Notes under the pieces: model-generated | Database searches by the model: none | The model's input: the letters and a program-made list of their open reading frames with translations, nothing else | What the model was told of the DNA's origin: nothing | Assembly (NCBI GenBank): GCA_963798485.1 | Contig: CAWCTR010000029.1 | Span: forward strand, 1 to 21,086 | DNA length: 21,086 nt | Direction of reading: 5' to 3' | DNA from: an uncultured delta proteobacterium | Lineage (GTDB): Bacteria; Desulfobacterota; Desulfomonilia; UBA1062 | Part shown: piece by piece, positions 17,362 through 21,086 of the stretch | How positions within the stretch are numbered: position 1 is the first letter of the stretch | Layout of the letters: every line of letters starts with the position of its first letter | Program-made: the position numbers and the translations under genes

Positions 17362-17829
17362 ATGCCCAGGCCGGTTAAGTGCAGAAGGGTCGGATTCGTA
17401 CCTGATGTGCTCTATTTCAAACCTGCGGGGATTCCCGTGAGAGACCTGGACGAAGTCGCACTCACCATGGATGAGCTCGAATCTATACGTCTGGCTGATC
17501 TTGAAGGGTTGTACCAGGAAGATGCTGCAGGACACATGTGCGTTTCAAGACAAACGTTTGCGAATATACTCGTCTCTGCCCGCAGTAAGATCGCCGAGTG
17601 CCTGATACAAGGCAAGGCATTGCGGATAGAGGGGGGGAAGATAGAGGCGCGGGAAAGAGACTTCATATGTAAGGATTGTAACTATGCCTGGAGCCTTTCT
17701 TTTGGCTCGAAATGCCCGTCTGAATGCCCGCAGTGTCAATGCCCGAACATTAAGAGTTTGCTTACCGGGCAAGGAATGGCTGCAGGCCCGGGGAAAGACT
17801 GTAGAAGAAGAAAACACTGTTGTAAATAA
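17362..17829 (+). CDS. DUF134 family DNA-binding protein with C-terminal Zn-ribbon
   Basis: MPRPVKCRRV, FKP.G, LT.DELE.IRL.D.EGL.QE.AA..M.VSRQTF..I..SAR.KIA..L..GKAL.IEGG, then CxxC...CPxxCPxC. Confidence 0.93.
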   Translation: MPRPVKCRRVGFVPDVLYFKPAGIPVRDLDEVALTMDELESIRLADLEGLYQEDAAGHMCVSRQTFANILVSARSKIAECLIQGKALRIEGGKIEARERDFICKDCNYAWSLSFGSKCPSECPQCQCPNIKSLLTGQGMAAGPGKDCRRRKHCCK

Positions 17830-17849
17830 AATCCTCAGGAGGAACCAGC

Positions 17850-18218
17850 ATGAATATTTGTATACCCATAGAAAAAGACGAAGGATTAAACTCGGCCGTG
17901 TACGGTCATTTCGGGAGCGCACCGTATTTCGCCATCTATAATACCCAGAGCAAGGAAATGGAGATCGTGAACAACGGCAACCTGCATCATGCACATGGGC
18001 AATGTAATCCCATTGCCGCATTGTCAGGTAAATCGGTAGATATCCTGGCTACCGGGGGGATAGGCGCTGGGGCTATCGAGCGGCTGCGCATGATGGGGGT
18101 AAAGGTCTGTCGTGTGGTTTCCGGTAAGACCATACAGGATATCATAAGGAGCCATGAGCAGGATGGATTGAAAGAAATCGGCGGTGATGATGTTTGCAAT
18201 CATCACTCCTGTCATTAA
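17850..18218 (+). CDS. NifB/NifX family (dinitrogenase Fe-Mo cofactor-binding domain) protein
   Basis: ICIP, HFGSAPYF, HAHGQC.P, GGIG.GA and terminal CNHHSCH; AGGAGG RBS. Confidence 0.9.
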   Translation: MNICIPIEKDEGLNSAVYGHFGSAPYFAIYNTQSKEMEIVNNGNLHHAHGQCNPIAALSGKSVDILATGGIGAGAIERLRMMGVKVCRVVSGKTIQDIIRSHEQDGLKEIGGDDVCNHHSCH

Positions 18219-18264
18219 ATATTCCTCAAGGGACATACTCATGAGGCAGGATTACTGCCCTGTC

Positions 18265-18944
18265 CTATTCCCCTTCAGAGAGTTCCTCAAGGGCCTTGCT
18301 GTTCAGGATAGTGATTATCTTCCCTTGAACTTCCAATACGCGATCGTTCTGCATCTTTCTTAAGGCACGGGAAAGGGCCTGGGAGTTGATCCGAGTATCT
18401 TGGACAGTTCCCGATGGCTGATGGGCAGCTCCATCCTTCCTCCTTTGCCCTTATTTTCACGGACCTGGGTGAGGATGAGGAATGAAGCCAGACGCTGGGG
18501 GATCTCCTTCAGCGCCAGGGATTCGATGAGTGTCATGGATTCTTTGAGCCTGCGGGATAACACCTTCAGGATGTTCAGGAGGAGCGCCGGATCTTTCATG
18601 ACGATCTCCTCCACGGCTGCACCGGGAATGGTGAGGATGTCCGACTTCTTCAGTGCCTGGGCTTCAGCGGGAAAGTCATGGGTGGCAAAGGCGGTGCACA
18701 GGCCGAAAGGCTCACCTGATCCCAGGAGATACAGAGTCTGCTCCCTGCCTTCCATTGAGCTTTTGGAGAGTTTCACCTGTCCCGTAATAATTACAAAGAA
18801 CTGCTTGACCAGGTCCGTCTCGGCAACGATCACTTCCCCCGGCTGGTATGTCCCTATAAGTACACGCCGGGAAAGGGCCTCCAATACTTCATCGGATAGC
18901 CCCTGGAAGAGAGGTATGTCCTGAATCTGTTTCAGCGTGTCCAT
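18265..18944 (-). CDS. Crp/Fnr family transcriptional regulator (frameshift at ~18380)
   Basis: IPLF.GL, G.VKL.K....GREQ.L..L..GE.FG and RLA.FL motifs. One added G gives HTH ...LSKILGSTPEALSRALRKMQNDRVLEVQGKIITILNSKALEELSEGE* with stop at 18265-18267. Start is 18944 or 18959. Confidence 0.9.
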
Positions 18945-18956
18945 AAAAACCCATTC

Positions 18957-19000
18957 CATTGATCTAGATCAATGACCGCACCAACGATGTCGTCTATGTT
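18957..19000 (+). promoter_or_regulatory. FNR-type box with class II activated promoter geometry
   Basis: Perfect 18-bp palindrome CATTGATCTAGATCAATG containing TTGAT-N4-ATCAA (18959-18972). TATGTT at 18995-19000 sits at the -10 position if the box is centred at -41.5. Confidence 0.8.
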
Positions 19001-19076
19001 TAATTTCACGGGATGAAACCTTGTTATCATAAGGAAGAATACCGGGCAAAAGAGATCAACGCTTCAAGGAGTGAAA

Positions 19077-19418
19077 ATGGCGGGCAAAGAATACGTAACC
19101 CATGCCCATGACAACACGTTCGATACCCTTGTCTTAAAGACAAACAACCCAGCCCTTGTGGATTTCTGGGCGCCCTGGTGCGGACCCTGCCGGGCTATCG
19201 GACCGGTCCTGGAAGAGATAGCAAAAGAATATTCCGGACGGGTGAATGTCGTGAAGGTAAATGTTGATGAAAGTCCTGAAACATCAAGGAAATACGGGGT
19301 CCGGAGCATTTCCACCTTATTGTTCATAAAGGCTGGACAGGTCCGGGAGACGCAGATAGGTTCTCTCCCCAAGGCACAACTCACGGCTTTTATAGACAGA
19401 CTTAAAGTAACCCTGTAA
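19077..19418 (+). CDS. trxA: thioredoxin
   Basis: LVDFWAPWCGPCR, KVNVDE and YGVRSI. AAGGAG RBS favours ATG 19077. Confidence 0.95.
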   Translation: MAGKEYVTHAHDNTFDTLVLKTNNPALVDFWAPWCGPCRAIGPVLEEIAKEYSGRVNVVKVNVDESPETSRKYGVRSISTLLFIKAGQVRETQIGSLPKAQLTAFIDRLKVTL

Positions 19419-19446
19419 ACGACAAAAGTAGAAAGGAAAGTAGGTT

Positions 19447-19605
19447 ATGAGCGATTTCTGGATATTCATTATTGCACTGGTTCTCTGGTTTTTCTTCCAG
19501 ACCTGGCTGTTCCCCCGGCTGGGTGTTCCTACCTGAGCATCTGGACCGGCCTGCCGGGTGGCAGACAAAAAAGACCATAATCTAAAAATATCTTCCAGGA
19601 GGTAG
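19447..19605 (+). CDS. putative small membrane-anchored selenoprotein (52 aa, UGA30 = Sec)
   Basis: MSDFWIFIIALVLWFFFQTWLFPRLGVPT-[TGA 19534-19536]-ASGPACRVADKKDHNLKISSRR-TAG 19603-19605. SECIS-like hairpin follows the UGA, and the readthrough stops 2 nt before the next ATG. Confidence 0.7.
19540..19566 (+). promoter_or_regulatory. putative bacterial SECIS element
   Basis: CTGCC-GGGT-GGCAG hairpin (19551-19564) with a G-starting loop 19 nt after UGA. An alternative fold TCTG..CCGG-CCTG-CCGG..CAGA is also possible. Confidence 0.55.
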
Positions 19606-19607
19606 TC

Positions 19608-20921
19608 ATGAAGAAAAGCAGTATTATCTTAGCAATGGCACTATTAGCCTTTATCGTATCGAGTTCAGGTGCCTTAGCAACCAACGGTGATAATATGATC
19701 GGTGTGGGCCCCATTGCGAATTCCATGGGCGGTGTGGGCATTGCAGCACCCCAGGACGCCATCACCTCGGTCTTTGCCAACCCTGCCTCGCTTGGTTTTG
19801 TGCCATTTGCCCCGGCCCCATCCTTTGACTTTGCCGGGACGATATTAATGCCCAAGGTTAGTGCCGAGGTGAGGACAATCAGTGGAACCGCCACCACTTC
19901 TGTCAAGGCGGACAGTGCTGATGCCACATATGCCATCCCCGCCATCGGCCTGAATGTCCCTATGGGACCAGACATGCCCAGGTGGAGGTTTGGTTTGGCA
20001 GCCTATGGAGTTTCCGGCCTTGGTGTTGATTACCGCGGTACCGCTCTTGATAATGCCTCGGGCTATAATTTCGGCGGCGGAAAGGTTGCCCCCCTTATCC
20101 AGGGTGAATACACACAGCTCCAGATCATGAAATTTTCACCGGCCATATCCTATATGGCCAGTGATACCATAGCGGTGGGTGCTGCGTTGCAGATCGATTA
20201 TGCAACGTTGGATCTCAGGAGCGGAACATCACCCAATTATGGCGCGGGCCTGAACCTAGGGCTTCTCTATACACCCATTGATGTTGTGAGACTGGGCCTG
20301 ACCTACACCACTGCACAGCCGGTCACCTATAAGCGGATTGAAGACTTTAACCAGGACGGAACTCCTGACAACCTCAAACTCGAGTCGCCCCAACAAGCAG
20401 GTTTTGGTGCGGCCTACACTATCAAAGGTCCGATTAAAACACTCATTGAGGCGGATGTGAAATGGATAAATTGGGCTAATGCAGATGGGTACAAGGATTT
20501 TGACTGGAACAACCAGTGGGTATATGCCATTGGGGCACAAGTGGAGCCCAAGGAGAACTTCTTTTTACGATGCGGGTTCAACTACGGCAAGAACCCCGTT
20601 GAGACACACAACGGTTTTAATGGAAGTTTCAATCCCTCTACAGGATTGCCGAACAGCGCGGTTAATGTCCAGGGCAATTACCTCCCTGCCTATTACTATG
20701 AGACCTTCCGGATCATCGGATTCCCGGCCATTGCGGAAAAGCATCTCACCTTGGGGACCGGATACTGTTTCAGCAAAAACTTCTCCATGAACCTGGGCTA
20801 CATGCATGCCTTTGAGAAGACTATCTCCGAGACCGGGACCGACTTGTTCGGCAGGCCTGTAACACTTGAGTCGAAACTCAGCGAGGACAGCATCGATTTC
20901 GGGCTTACATGGGTCTTTTAA
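19608..20921 (+). CDS. OmpP1/FadL family outer-membrane transport protein
   Basis: Signal peptide, N-terminal hatch TNG...IG.GP...SMGG..IA......S...NPA, alternating beta-strand pattern and C-terminal Phe; AGGAGG RBS. Confidence 0.88.
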   Translation: MKKSSIILAMALLAFIVSSSGALATNGDNMIGVGPIANSMGGVGIAAPQDAITSVFANPASLGFVPFAPAPSFDFAGTILMPKVSAEVRTISGTATTSVKADSADATYAIPAIGLNVPMGPDMPRWRFGLAAYGVSGLGVDYRGTALDNASGYNFGGGKVAPLIQGEYTQLQIMKFSPAISYMASDTIAVGAALQIDYATLDLRSGTSPNYGAGLNLGLLYTPIDVVRLGLTYTTAQPVTYKRIEDFNQDGTPDNLKLESPQQAGFGAAYTIKGPIKTLIEADVKWINWANADGYKDFDWNNQWVYAIGAQVEPKENFFLRCGFNYGKNPVETHNGFNGSFNPSTGLPNSAVNVQGNYLPAYYYETFRIIGFPAIAEKHLTLGTGYCFSKNFSMNLGYMHAFEKTISETGTDLFGRPVTLESKLSEDSIDFGLTWVF

Positions 20922-20972
20922 AAAGTATAAGAGCTGACCTTCGTGTATGCATAGCCCCCGGGAGGAATAAGG

Positions 20973-21086
20973 ATGTCAAATCTCAGCAGTACTCATAAGG
21001 AATATCTCAAGGAAAAATTCAAAGACCGCGTGAACTTCGATGACGTGGAGCGAATGCTCTACAGCCACGATATCGCTGCCATGCCG
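20973..21086 (+). CDS. FAD-linked oxidoreductase (GlcD/D-lactate dehydrogenase-like), N-terminus only
   Basis: GGAGG RBS, then MSNLSSTHKEYLKEKFKDRVNFDDVERMLYSHDIAAMP running off the window. ER..YSHD resembles the N-terminus of FAD-binding PCMH-type oxidases; only 38 codons are visible. Confidence 0.6.
   Translation, partial: MSNLSSTHKEYLKEKFKDRVNFDDVERMLYSHDIAAMP

Noticed and set aside
17850-18218. Nitrogen fixation inferred from the NifB/NifX domain
   Set aside because: No nifHDK/ENB in the window; this domain is common in non-nif clusters with DUF134.

Overview
A 21-kb stretch of bacterial chromosome. The gene content (three tandem acyl-CoA ligases, DUF362 Fe-S protein, C_GCAxxG_C_C protein, DUF134/NifX pair, Crp/Fnr regulator, FadL-type porin) suggests an anaerobic Gram-negative, probably Desulfobacterota/syntroph-like; this is inference only. 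No rRNA, tRNA, CRISPR or intact transposase is visible. Five genes carry single-base indels that look like long-read assembly errors. The first 4.8 kb holds three unrelated palindromic or MITE-like elements. The best candidate for a novel system is at the right end. A Crp/Fnr regulator is divergent from an apparent operon: trxA, an unannotated 52-aa membrane protein, a FadL/OmpP1 porin and an FAD-linked oxidoreductase (partial). A perfect TTGAT-N4-ATCAA box lies between the regulator and the operon. The small protein has an in-frame UGA followed by a SECIS-like hairpin, so it is a putative U-x5-C selenoprotein. Other notable items: an acyl-CoA ligase lacking the conserved TGD aspartate, a perfect 28-bp operator-like palindrome before the DUF134 gene, and several small ORFs missed by the ORF track.
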